This document shows positions 19,779-29,075 of a stretch of 64,000 nt of DNA, one piece after another. The first letter of the stretch is position 1, and every line of letters starts with the position of its first letter. The notes beneath the pieces are model-generated. The model saw only the letters and a list, made by a program, of their open reading frames with translations, searched no databases and was not told the DNA's origin. The position numbers were made by a program, and so were the translations under genes. Source of the stretch: Victivallales bacterium (GTDB lineage Bacteria > Verrucomicrobiota > Lentisphaeria > Victivallales > UBA1829); contig JAZKZE010000084.1 in assembly GCA_045612485.1 (NCBI GenBank), forward strand, positions 692 to 64,691, read 5' to 3'.

Positions 19779-20990
19779 TTAATTTCCCACGATGGAATCT
19801 CTCAAATCTTCAGGAACGATCTCGCTCAACTTCACCCAGCGGCTCTCTTCGGAAGCGGACTTCATTGCCGCAAATCCCAGCATTTCTGCTGTATAAGCCT
19901 GGGGTACTGTGGTAAAGGGTGTATCTTTTCCTTCCATAAGATCCAGGAAGTGACGGGCAAGGAAGGGTCCTGCATAGTAGTGGATCTTGCTGTCATATTT
20001 GAAAGTATAGGTTTCTGTGGTAAGTTCCTTATTGAAGGGATGAAGTTTGATTTCCCCCTCATAAAGTCCCTCTTTTGCAAGGGTGATATACATACATCCT
20101 TCTGTGCCGAGGATCTCATAAACACGGCTGTGACCGGGAGCAGGTACAAAATAGGAGTGGCTGTAAGTACCGAAAATACCGTTGGAAAGGCGGATGGTAC
20201 AAGTTTCATTATCCGGCACATCCACACATTCGGCAAAAACGCAGAGTTCATTAAGTTTTGCCACATCATTTACTTTCAGACCTCTGGCAACATAACTTTC
20301 CTTTGCATAACGGCAAGTGCTTCTTTCCTCGCAATCACTGCAGGTAAGGTCATTGCTCTTATTCCCGCCCACGCCGTGCATAGCGGAAACCATCATCACG
20401 CTTTCAGGTTTGGCATCGGTAAGGAAAAGCATCACATCCAGGTCATGGGTCGCCTTTTCCACCATAAAGCTGCCCCCGCCTTTGATGGTACGGCGGAAGT
20501 TGTGGTACATACCGGCACTGTCTCTTTGGGTGAACTGGAAAGAACATACTTTCCCGATCCTGCCCTTTTCAATAAACTCTCTTGCCTTGCGGATGATGGG
20601 AGCATAACGCATACAGTGATCCACCATGACAGGGCCTTCATGCTGTTTTACAAAACGCACGATATCAGAGATTTTATCGGCAGAGGTATCCAGAGGCTTT
20701 TCCACCATGATGGGACCGTGGAAATCATCGAGGAGCTGCAGATTGGCAAGATGAGTGAAGTTGGGGGAAGTAATGATGATCCCGTCGGGCTTGCCTTTTT
20801 CCAGAAGTTCCGCTACGGTATTGTAACGGGGAATGTCGCATTTATTCCAGGCACAGCCGTTTTCATACATCTCGTCATTGGGTTCCACAACACCGGCTAC
20901 GGTGACAGCACCCATTGTTGCTTCATAAAATTCAAGAGCATGACGTTTGCCCATTTCACCGAAACCGATGATACCGATACGTTTTTTCAT
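19779..20990 (-). CDS. Gfo/Idh/MocA family NAD(P)-dependent oxidoreductase
   Basis: N-terminal Rossmann string MKKRIGIIGFGEMGKRHA. Start at the ATG at 20988-20990 behind AAGGAAAG. Confidence 0.85.
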   Translation of the reverse strand: MKKRIGIIGFGEMGKRHALEFYEATMGAVTVAGVVEPNDEMYENGCAWNKCDIPRYNTVAELLEKGKPDGIIITSPNFTHLANLQLLDDFHGPIMVEKPLDTSADKISDIVRFVKQHEGPVMVDHCMRYAPIIRKAREFIEKGRIGKVCSFQFTQRDSAGMYHNFRRTIKGGGSFMVEKATHDLDVMLFLTDAKPESVMMVSAMHGVGGNKSNDLTCSDCEERSTCRYAKESYVARGLKVNDVAKLNELCVFAECVDVPDNETCTIRLSNGIFGTYSHSYFVPAPGHSRVYEILGTEGCMYITLAKEGLYEGEIKLHPFNKELTTETYTFKYDSKIHYYAGPFLARHFLDLMEGKDTPFTTVPQAYTAEMLGFAAMKSASEESRWVKLSEIVPEDLRDSIVGN

Positions 20991-21058
20991 TTTTTCTTTC
21001 CTTATTTTATAAAACAAAAAGTTATTGTTTACATTCCGGTAAAAAACTTTTCTATAAT

Positions 21059-21086
21059 ATTATACAGCCATTTCAGCAATAAGCAA
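21059..21086 (-). promoter_or_regulatory. Candidate sigma70-type promoter for the oxidoreductase/glycan gene string
   Basis: Minus strand reads TTGCTT, then 16 nt, then TATAAT (plus-strand aagcaa at 21081-21086 and attata at 21059-21064). Confidence 0.35.
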
Positions 21087-21154
21087 ATCATCTTCCTTGT
21101 ATTTTTTCAACAATATTTTGTATTTTTCTGCAAATATTTCCCGGTTGAAAAATA

Positions 21155-22486
21155 TCAGGATCTCTTTTCCAGTCTGATCCGGGGATCCGCCCAGGCATAG
21201 GCAAGGTCCGTAAGAAGATTGATAAATACAAAAAGGAAGGCACTTAATATGACAAGAGCTTTCAGCATTTGCAAATCCCCGTCATTCAAAGCATTGACTC
21301 CTTCATATCCCAGTCCGGGGATCCCGAAAAAGGTTTCCAGAAGCAAACTTCCCGTGAAAAGGAATGGCAGAAGTGTGGAACATCTTGTAATAATGGGAAT
21401 AAGGGCATTTTTCAGAAGATGTTTGAAGTAGATGAAAAAAGGAGCCACACCTTTGGATACGGCTGTACGCAGATACTCTCTGTGGATCTCATTAAGAAAA
21501 ACCGTTCTGTAAAAACGTACTCCGCCGCCTGTGCCATTAATAATCCCCAGGATCACAGGAAGAAGGATATACTCCATACTTCCCCAGCCCCATACGGGAA
21601 ACCAGTTCAGGGTGTAGGCAAAAAACCATTGTCCGAAAATAATGAGTACAAGATAACTTACACTCATACCGGCAACGGAAACAAGCATCAGGAAACGGTC
21701 GGGGAAACGGCCTCTGTAAATACAGGAGATCATGGCAAGAATGATCCCGAATACAAGTTCTCCGAAAAATACCGGAAGCATGAGTGACAGAGAGGGAAAG
21801 ATCCCTTTCCAAAGTTTTGTCCGGATAAGCTCCCTTGTATGCAGAGTACGCCCGAAATTGAAGAAGGAAACATAGGGGAATGTGGAAGAAAAGGAAACAA
21901 GTTCCGTAAAGGATGCAGCCAGCTGGCTGTCCAGAAATACTCTTGCTTTCCTGGTAAAAACAACCTTCCGGAGATGCACTTTTCCTCCTTCCGGTACGGT
22001 GATGACAAGAGTTCCCGGGGCGGAGGCAAGTTCGATCTCCCTTTTACCGTCAATAACAAACTCTTTTCCGTCAACACAAAACGTCCCGTTTCCATAGATC
22101 GTTACGTATACGGGAACAAATTTTCCATTTTTCTTTTTCTGTTCAAACAATCTTGTAAAAACACATTTATCCCCGCTTTTGAGTTCTGCTCCGCCATTGG
22201 TAAAGGCATCTCCGGAAACGGTCAGAACTGCGGAAGAAAGGAGCCGGGGCGAGGAAAAGTCTGCCTGTCTGTAAATTTCCGTATGCTGTCTTGCCCCCCA
22301 GAACAGGGGTTTATTTGATCCCAATGCCTCCCGCATATTTTCCAGCTCCTCCGCAGAGGGATTTTTTCCCAATACAGTGGAAGCCGGATCTCCTGCGGCA
22401 ACACGGAACAGAACAAAGGTCACGATCAGTACCCCCGCCATGATAAGGAGGGAATACAGGATCCTTTTTACGGCATATTGAAACAT
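21155..22486 (-). CDS. ABC transporter permease, DppB/OppB-type, with a large periplasmic insertion
   Basis: N-terminus MFQYAVKRILYSLLIMAGVLIVTFVLFRVAAGDP. C-terminus REYLRTAVSKGV...ETFFGIPGLG...LTDLAYAWADPRIR. Confidence 0.85.
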   Translation of the reverse strand: MFQYAVKRILYSLLIMAGVLIVTFVLFRVAAGDPASTVLGKNPSAEELENMREALGSNKPLFWGARQHTEIYRQADFSSPRLLSSAVLTVSGDAFTNGGAELKSGDKCVFTRLFEQKKKNGKFVPVYVTIYGNGTFCVDGKEFVIDGKREIELASAPGTLVITVPEGGKVHLRKVVFTRKARVFLDSQLAASFTELVSFSSTFPYVSFFNFGRTLHTRELIRTKLWKGIFPSLSLMLPVFFGELVFGIILAMISCIYRGRFPDRFLMLVSVAGMSVSYLVLIIFGQWFFAYTLNWFPVWGWGSMEYILLPVILGIINGTGGGVRFYRTVFLNEIHREYLRTAVSKGVAPFFIYFKHLLKNALIPIITRCSTLLPFLFTGSLLLETFFGIPGLGYEGVNALNDGDLQMLKALVILSAFLFVFINLLTDLAYAWADPRIRLEKRS

Positions 22487-22570
22487 TGTTACGTTTTTCC
22501 TCCGGATTTCATTTGCAAAAATCTCTTTTATAAGTTAAATTACTCCATCTTGTGCAAAAGGGCAAATATA

Positions 22571-23896
22571 ATGAAACGATTTTTCGCTGTTTTTACAATT
22601 TTTCTTCTTTTTCTTACCGGTTTTCCGGAGATTACCCCCTGCCCGGGCAGTGAAAAAGCATTTTTGCGGCATCCCACCGGCAGCAGAGATAATTTTCATA
22701 CCGGTGTTTTTGCAGCCCGTCTGAAAAGTATTTTACGCAATATTCTTCAGGAAAAAGCTCCTTACAGCACACAACTTTCCATCCGGACTGCTCCGGCAGA
22801 AAGTTCAGCAGGAAAGGATGCAGTGACCTTGCAGAAGATTTCCGGAAGAATGTATCTTTTCCTGCCGTCTGATTTTGATTCCTTCATCAGAAACAGAAAA
22901 GCTGTCAGCCAAACAGTCTCCCTTGCCCTTCTTGCCTCTCTGGGGCTTCCGGCAGAGTACTGGAAAAAGATCAGCAGCAGCTTTCCTGTTGCCGCCATAA
23001 CCTATGATCTTTCGGAAACCTTTTTCCTCCAGACCATGCCTTACAGTTCCTATACCCCCGGAGCCGCCCTGCTTACCTCTTACGGGATCTACCCTGATCT
23101 GGAAAGAATTTTTTCTGTCCCCCTCCCCCCGGATTATGCCGCAGGTGATCTTTACGGGGAATATTCCACCATCCTCCTTTCCGGTATTCTGAAAAGGAAA
23201 CTCTTCTCCGGGTCGGATTTTGAATCACTGCTCCGTCATGCCTGTGAAAACGGTACGGAAAAGCAAACGGGAGTCATAAAATATCTTATAAGAAAAAATC
23301 TGAAGAAAGAAAAATCCGGCAATATAACGGAAAACGCTTTTTTTCACTCAGTCATAAGAAAAAATCTCTCCAACGCCCTTCAGGTACTTTCCGTGGAAGA
23401 GCTGGAAAAACAGTATTCCCGTCTTACCGTTTTTGAAGCGGAAGATCTTTCCGGAAAAAAAAGAAAGTTTACTCTTCCTGATTTTGCAAAAAATGTGAGA
23501 GAAGTTAAAAACGGGGAATTTCTTTCTGTCCGTTTCCTTCAGGAACTTCTGCTTCTTTCCAGAAAAGCTCCGGGCAATACCGGCAACGGACTTCTCTGGC
23601 TCAGACAGAATATCATCAGAGCAAAAACATTTCCCGTCCAGGAAGGACAGGAGCTTATAGACAGGGCGGAACAGCAATTTTTCAGAGAACTGGAAAAACA
23701 TTCTGCCATTGAGGGATTTCTATCCGCCTCGGAAAAATTTGCAGTTACCCCCGGCGCAAGATTTTTCCGGACGATGGAACTTCTTCAGGCAAAAGCTGAT
23801 TCCGTTCCACATTTTCCCTGGGGCAGTGAAATGGAAAAACTTTTGAATGATACAGTTCCCCTCCTTGCGGAAGGTGACGGGAAACTTTTACAGTAG
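22571..23896 (+). CDS. Hypothetical secreted protein
   Basis: ATG at 22571 gives the signal-peptide-like N-terminus MKRFFAVFTIFLLFLTGF. No family recognised. Confidence 0.6.
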   Translation: MKRFFAVFTIFLLFLTGFPEITPCPGSEKAFLRHPTGSRDNFHTGVFAARLKSILRNILQEKAPYSTQLSIRTAPAESSAGKDAVTLQKISGRMYLFLPSDFDSFIRNRKAVSQTVSLALLASLGLPAEYWKKISSSFPVAAITYDLSETFFLQTMPYSSYTPGAALLTSYGIYPDLERIFSVPLPPDYAAGDLYGEYSTILLSGILKRKLFSGSDFESLLRHACENGTEKQTGVIKYLIRKNLKKEKSGNITENAFFHSVIRKNLSNALQVLSVEELEKQYSRLTVFEAEDLSGKKRKFTLPDFAKNVREVKNGEFLSVRFLQELLLLSRKAPGNTGNGLLWLRQNIIRAKTFPVQEGQELIDRAEQQFFRELEKHSAIEGFLSASEKFAVTPGARFFRTMELLQAKADSVPHFPWGSEMEKLLNDTVPLLAEGDGKLLQ

Positions 23897-23955
23897 GCAA
23901 AAACAGACGGAAACTCCTGAACAGGAATGTTCCGCATAAAAATACGGAAAAAATC

Positions 23956-24930
23956 ATGGCATATAAAAAGAAAAGCAAACAGGAAAAAATCCATAAAAGT
24001 TCCTTCGGGGAACGTCTGGCGGTATTTCTCATACTGCTTGTCATCATTGTGGTCATACTGGCAGCATATGCCGTTATCCGCAAAACAGCTTCCCGGATCT
24101 CCTCCGACTTCTACTTTCCCTTCCTGAAAGGGATCAAAAGTGCGGAACAGTCTGTTTCCGATTCCCTTCTGGCAATGGAAAACAAAACAACTCTTATGAA
24201 AGCTGTCCTGCATCTGCGTCAGGAAAAATTTTCCCTGATCGCCCGTCAGGCAACTTATCAGACCCTTGCCAATGAAAATGCACAGTTGCGGCGATTGCTC
24301 AAACTGCCGCCGCGGAATAATTTCAAACCGGTCTTTGCCTCACTCCTCTACAGGGATGATTCCCGGACTGCAACGGTATTCAAACTGGATAAAGGGGAAA
24401 AAGACGGGATAACCCCGGGCTGTATTGTGGTCACCGTGGTTCCGCTGGAAGGAACAAAGCACAGTATTGCGGCAGTGGCGGGAAGAGTAACGGAGGTATC
24501 CCGTCATACCTCTACAGTGGCAAGCATTTATGACAAGGAATTCAAATTGAGTGTGACCTTCTCCGGGGCAAATGCCGTCATGCAGGAGCTGCCCGGTGTG
24601 GAACGCCCCATGACAGGGATCAATTTTGTCCCTGTGGATACAAAAATCCGGCAGGGAGACATGGTACGCACCTCTTTCCTTACCGGCAATGCCCCCGGCG
24701 GACTGCCTGTTGGAAAGATAGCGGCGATCAAGCCCCGGCAGGCGGGAGTGGCAAAAGATCATGTGTATCAGCAGACAGCCATTCTACCCTTTGCGGATCC
24801 CGGGAAACTGTATTTTGCCGCTGTATATGTGAAAGCTCCGGCAAAACAGATATCCGGCAGCAGGGCAAAATCTCTTCCGGCATATAGAAAAGTAAATAAT
24901 ACCAGACAGAAAAGCAAACAGGGATATTGA
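23956..24930 (+). CDS. mreC: Rod shape-determining protein MreC
   Basis: N-terminal TM segment, coiled region (NENAQLRRLLKL) and beta-barrel region. Sits directly upstream of the mreD-like gene and PBP2. Confidence 0.8.
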   Translation: MAYKKKSKQEKIHKSSFGERLAVFLILLVIIVVILAAYAVIRKTASRISSDFYFPFLKGIKSAEQSVSDSLLAMENKTTLMKAVLHLRQEKFSLIARQATYQTLANENAQLRRLLKLPPRNNFKPVFASLLYRDDSRTATVFKLDKGEKDGITPGCIVVTVVPLEGTKHSIAAVAGRVTEVSRHTSTVASIYDKEFKLSVTFSGANAVMQELPGVERPMTGINFVPVDTKIRQGDMVRTSFLTGNAPGGLPVGKIAAIKPRQAGVAKDHVYQQTAILPFADPGKLYFAAVYVKAPAKQISGSRAKSLPAYRKVNNTRQKSKQGY

Positions 24931-24935
24931 TTCGT

Positions 24936-25451
24936 ATGACAGTAAAGTTTTTTTACATCTGTTTTTTTCTGATCCTTGCAGTTCCCTGTGAGCTTCTTTT
25001 GCAGAGTTTCGGTCTGTCTTTTCCCTTTGCGGCGTTCTTTATCTTTTATACAGCCACCGCATTCGGCTGGAAATATGCTCTTCCTGCGGCAGTTGCAGCA
25101 TCCTGCGGTCTGGATCTGGCAGTAGGGGAAGTCCATTTTTATTCCCTTGCAGGATTATTTTTGACCATGCTGCTTTCCCGTTTCTGGCTGTATAAAGTGG
25201 AATCGGACTCTATTTTTCTGCACATCATCCCAGGCGGACTGATCCCCGTTATCATGCGGGGCAGCTCTTTTGTTTTTCACGGAGGAACCTCCCTGCATGA
25301 ATTTCTGTACAATCTTGCTGGTCTGCTGGGGAGCATCGTTTGCGGTATGATCTATCTGCCGCTGTTGATCCTTCTGCTGGATACCCTGAATGAATCCATG
25401 GGACTTGCCCTGTACTCCAATGCAAAACTTGAACTGGAAAAGGATGAGTAA
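24936..25451 (+). CDS. mreD: MreD-like membrane protein
   Basis: About 170 aa and all hydrophobic. Called mainly from its position between mreC and mrdA. Confidence 0.55.
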   Translation: MTVKFFYICFFLILAVPCELLLQSFGLSFPFAAFFIFYTATAFGWKYALPAAVAASCGLDLAVGEVHFYSLAGLFLTMLLSRFWLYKVESDSIFLHIIPGGLIPVIMRGSSFVFHGGTSLHEFLYNLAGLLGSIVCGMIYLPLLILLLDTLNESMGLALYSNAKLELEKDE

Positions 25452-25454
25452 AAT

Positions 25455-27377
25455 ATGGCACGGATAAAAAAAGATCTTTCAGATACTCCCGTATCCGTAA
25501 ACGGAAAAGGCAGGAGCTCCCCCCGTACAAAAAAAAGTTCCGGGGAAGAAATGGATAAATTAAAAAATTATGAACCCACTTCCGATACCCGGCCTTTCCT
25601 CCGGATCGGTATCATTGCCTTTTTCATCATGGTATGCTATACGGTCATTGCTTTGCGTCTGTGGGAGCTGCAGATCCTTTCCGGCAGCAAATATCAGGAA
25701 AAAGCGGCAAGACAGTATGCCAGACAGATCCGGATACCGGCAGTGAGAGGAAGGATCTTTTCTTCCGATAATCAACTTCTTGCAGGCAACAAAGTATCCT
25801 ATGATATTGTTTTTCATATTTCCGAAATGCGGCAATCCCCCAAATTTTATAAAAATGTGAAACATATCTACAAATGTGCCTCACAGGCTATGACCGTCAT
25901 CGGCAGGAAAATGGATATAACGGAAAAGGATATCATTCACCGTATGACCATTTATCCGGGTATTCCCATGACCATCTGTAAAAACCTCACAGCAGTGGAA
26001 CTTGCCCGTATTACGGAAATGCAGCCGCCCATCCAGGGGCTGGAAGTGGTTCCTGTCCCGGGAAGATATTATCCCGGGAAAAGTTTTGCCGCCCACCTTA
26101 TCGGTTATACAGGAACAAGTGATCCGGGAACAGCAGAGGACAGAAGGGAATTTTTCTATTATCTTCCCGATCCGGTGGGACGCGCCGGAGTGGAAAAACT
26201 CTGCAATGATGCGTTGCGCGGGGCTCCGGGAAAACGGCTTGTCATCGTGGACCACAGAGGCTTTGTCCATAAGGAGGCGGAAGCTCCCCAGAAAGCGGAA
26301 AACGGTTCGGATGTCGTGCTTACGATCAATGCAAAGGCCCAGAAGATCGCAGAAAACCTTCTTGCAGGAAAAAGAGGGGCGATCACTGTACTTGATGCCA
26401 ATACGGGGGAGATCATTGCCATGGCATCAGCCCCCTCTTACGATCTGAATGAATTTATACCCCGGATCTCTTCAAAAAAATATAAAGCACTTTTATACCA
26501 TCCGGGTCAACCCTTCCTCAACCGCAGTGCATTCGGTTCCTATATGCCCGGATCAGTGATCAAACCTCTTGTGGCAATGGCACTGCTTCAATCGGGAAAG
26601 AAAGAGAAGGATGATACGATCCGCTGTGACGGCTACACCCCCATTGCAGAAGCAAAGATCAAGTGTACCGCCTATCTGCGCGGCGGGCACGGTAAACTGG
26701 ATCTTGCGCGTGCCATTGAATTATCCTGCAATGATTATTTTATCGAAGCGGGCAAAATACTTGGGATCCATACCATTTCCTCTTTCTTTTCTTCATGCGG
26801 TATCGGTAAAAAATCCGGATTTCTTCTTTCGGAACGTTCCGGCCGCCTTCCCGATCCGAAAAGATACCGGAACTGGAATATTTATGATACAGCCCTTGTT
26901 TCCATCGGTCAGGGCAAAATTGAAATAACCCCGCTTCAGGCAGCACTTTACACAGCAGCCATCGCCAATGGAGGCACATTATACAAACCTATTCTTGTAA
27001 AAAATATAAAAGAGGAAAACGGCAGGGAACTTTTCAGTGCCGCACCGGAAAAAAACGGGCATCTTCCGGTATCATCCTCCGTTATTGATGCGGTAAAACA
27101 GGGAATGTTCCAGGCTGTCCACTCTTCCATGGGAAGTGCAAGGAGATCAAGAAACAGTTTTATTTCCCTGTCCGGCAAAACTGGTACAGCAGAAGTCGGT
27201 CCTAAGAATGCCCGCTATAAAAATACCTGGTTTATCGGCTTCGGCACTGTTCCTGCGGACGGCAAAAGGAAAAAGGCAACCACTTACGCTATTTCCATAC
27301 TTATCACCCATGGAGAATCCGGAGGCCTCACCTGCGCCCCCCTTGCCAGAGAATTTTTTGAACGATTTCTGCAATGA
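25455..27377 (+). CDS. mrdA: Penicillin-binding protein 2 (elongation transpeptidase)
   Basis: SxxK (PGSVIKP), SxN (LSCND) and KTG (SGKTGTAEV) motifs. N-terminal TM segment plus PBP dimerisation-like region. Confidence 0.9.
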   Translation: MARIKKDLSDTPVSVNGKGRSSPRTKKSSGEEMDKLKNYEPTSDTRPFLRIGIIAFFIMVCYTVIALRLWELQILSGSKYQEKAARQYARQIRIPAVRGRIFSSDNQLLAGNKVSYDIVFHISEMRQSPKFYKNVKHIYKCASQAMTVIGRKMDITEKDIIHRMTIYPGIPMTICKNLTAVELARITEMQPPIQGLEVVPVPGRYYPGKSFAAHLIGYTGTSDPGTAEDRREFFYYLPDPVGRAGVEKLCNDALRGAPGKRLVIVDHRGFVHKEAEAPQKAENGSDVVLTINAKAQKIAENLLAGKRGAITVLDANTGEIIAMASAPSYDLNEFIPRISSKKYKALLYHPGQPFLNRSAFGSYMPGSVIKPLVAMALLQSGKKEKDDTIRCDGYTPIAEAKIKCTAYLRGGHGKLDLARAIELSCNDYFIEAGKILGIHTISSFFSSCGIGKKSGFLLSERSGRLPDPKRYRNWNIYDTALVSIGQGKIEITPLQAALYTAAIANGGTLYKPILVKNIKEENGRELFSAAPEKNGHLPVSSSVIDAVKQGMFQAVHSSMGSARRSRNSFISLSGKTGTAEVGPKNARYKNTWFIGFGTVPADGKRKKATTYAISILITHGESGGLTCAPLAREFFERFLQ

Positions 27378-27390
27378 CCGCATAAAAAAA

Positions 27391-27425
27391 GGATCCGTCT
27401 CATTCTGAAACAGATCCTTTTTTTC
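27391..27425. terminator. Bidirectional terminator between mrdA and trpB2
   Basis: ggatccgt/acagatcc stem with one mismatch, flanked by an A-run (27384-27390) and a T-run (27418-27425). Confidence 0.5.
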
Positions 27426-27448
27426 TTTACTGTACGGAAAACTTCAAC

Positions 27449-28864
27449 TTATTTTCCCACAAGATCAAGTTTATCCAGACTTACAGCAAGTTCTTCATCG
27501 GTGGGGATGTAATCCCCCATTTTCCCGTCATTGAACTTACCATAGGAAACCATATCAAAGTACCCCGTTCCGGTAAGACCGAAAAGAATGGTTTCCGCTT
27601 TGTTCTCCTCACGGCAGCGGATGGCTTCTTTGATGGCAACACAAATGGCATGACTGCTTTCCGGTGCAGGAAGAGTTCCTTCCGTACGGGCAAAGAGTCT
27701 GGCGGCTTCAAAGACTTTTGTCTGTTCCACAGTGGTAGCTTCGATGAGATGGTCATCATAAAGCTGGGATACCACAGGACTCATGCCGTGATAACGCAAG
27801 CCGCCGGAGTGACTGGCTGCCGGCATAAAGGAACTGCCCAGAGTGTACATTTTTGCAAGCGGACAGATCCTGCCGGTATCGCAGTAGTCATAAGCATATC
27901 TTCCTCTCGTCAGGCTGGGACAGGAGGCAGGTTCCACGGCAATGAAACGGTAATCTTCCTCGCCGCGCAGTTTGGCTCCCATGAAAGGGGAAATGAGTCC
28001 GCCCACATTGGAACCGCCGCCGGCACAGCCGATGATCACATCCGGCTTGATACCGTACTTATCCATGGCAGCTTTTGCTTCAAGTCCGATAATACTCTGA
28101 TGCAGAAGCACCTGGGTGAGAACAGATCCCAGAACGTACCGGCAGGAAGGTGTATTCATTGCCTTTTCCACCGCTTCGGAAATAGCGCAGCCCAGACTTC
28201 CCACTGTGCCGGGGAATTCTTCCAAAATCTTCCTGCCCGCTTCCGTTGTCATGGAAGGGGAAGGAGTCACATCTGCGCCATAAGTACGCATGACTTCCCG
28301 GCGGAAAGGCTTCTGTTCATAGGAACATTTCACCATATATACATGGCAATCCAGTCCGAAAAAGGCACACGCCATGGAGAGAGCTGTTCCCCACTGTCCT
28401 GCACCGGTTTCGGTAGTGACACTTTTCAATCCCTGTTTTTTAGCGTAATAAGCCTGGGCAATGGCTGAATTGAGCTTATGGCTTCCGGAGGTATTGTTCC
28501 CTTCGAATTTATAATAGATCTTTGCGGGAGTGTTCAGGGCTTTTTCAAGGAAGTACGCACGCACCAAGGGGGCGGGACGGTACATCTTGTAAAAATTGAA
28601 CACGTCATCCGGAATGGGGAAATATGCGGTCGTATCATCCAGTTCCTGCTGAACGAGATCTTCGCAGAAGACTTTTCCCAGTTCCTCTGCGGTGATGGGC
28701 TGCATGGTGGCAGGATTCAGCAGGGGAGCAGGTTTGTTTTTCATATCAGCACGGACATTGTACCATGCGCGGGGCAATTCATCTTCAGGCAGATAGATCT
28801 TGTAAGGGATCTCCTGTGTTTTTGTCACTGTTTTACAATTTTTTTTCATTTCTTCCATACTCAT
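27449..28864 (-). CDS. trpB2: TrpB2-type (long) tryptophan synthase beta-like PLP enzyme
   Basis: 471 aa. PLP-lysine region KFEGNNTSGSHKLNSAIAQAYYAKKQG. Strong GGGAGGG RBS. Confidence 0.85.
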   Translation of the reverse strand: MSMEEMKKNCKTVTKTQEIPYKIYLPEDELPRAWYNVRADMKNKPAPLLNPATMQPITAEELGKVFCEDLVQQELDDTTAYFPIPDDVFNFYKMYRPAPLVRAYFLEKALNTPAKIYYKFEGNNTSGSHKLNSAIAQAYYAKKQGLKSVTTETGAGQWGTALSMACAFFGLDCHVYMVKCSYEQKPFRREVMRTYGADVTPSPSMTTEAGRKILEEFPGTVGSLGCAISEAVEKAMNTPSCRYVLGSVLTQVLLHQSIIGLEAKAAMDKYGIKPDVIIGCAGGGSNVGGLISPFMGAKLRGEEDYRFIAVEPASCPSLTRGRYAYDYCDTGRICPLAKMYTLGSSFMPAASHSGGLRYHGMSPVVSQLYDDHLIEATTVEQTKVFEAARLFARTEGTLPAPESSHAICVAIKEAIRCREENKAETILFGLTGTGYFDMVSYGKFNDGKMGDYIPTDEELAVSLDKLDLVGK

Positions 28865-28881
28865 TTTTTAGCCCTCCCTGA

Positions 28882-28918
28882 ATAAAAACACCCCTTCCGG
28901 CTCTTTTTCCGCAAGGGG
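28882..28918 (-). terminator. Second leader hairpin with U-tract, just upstream of the trpB2 RBS
   Basis: Minus strand: CCCCTTGCGG / CCGGAAGGGG (one mismatch), followed by TGTTTTTATT. Confidence 0.45.
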
Positions 28919-28925
28919 TTCCGTT

Positions 28926-28963
28926 AAAAAAAAACGCGGATCAAACATCCTTGTCCGATCCGC
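28926..28963 (-). terminator. Attenuator terminator in the trpB2 leader
   Basis: Minus strand: GCGGATC...GATCCGC followed by G and nine T residues (plus-strand A-run at 28926-28934). Confidence 0.65.
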
Positions 28964-28985
28964 CATGACTGCTTGCTGCTTTTTT

Positions 28986-29066
28986 TTACGCAAAAACCCC
29001 GGCCATGGCATAAGTACGCCAACGCCAGAAAAAGAAAGAAGAGTTGTTCATCGTATAAGTTTTCAT
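28986..29066 (-). CDS. Putative Trp leader peptide MKTYTMNNSSFFFWRWRTYAMAGVFA (26 aa)
   Basis: Hand-translated minus-strand sORF, absent from the ORF track because it is under 60 aa. It has two Trp codons at 29025-29027 and 29019-29021 and lies between a candidate promoter and the terminator hairpins. No SD is visible; it may be (nearly) leaderless. Confidence 0.55.
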   Translation of the reverse strand: MKTYTMNNSSFFFWRWRTYAMAGVFA

Positions 29067-29075
29067 AATGGGAAT

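Noticed and set aside
19713-21200. 495-aa plus-strand ORF
   Set aside because: It is antisense to the well-supported Gfo/Idh/MocA gene. Its translation is low-complexity and motif-free with no RBS. It is a typical shadow ORF.
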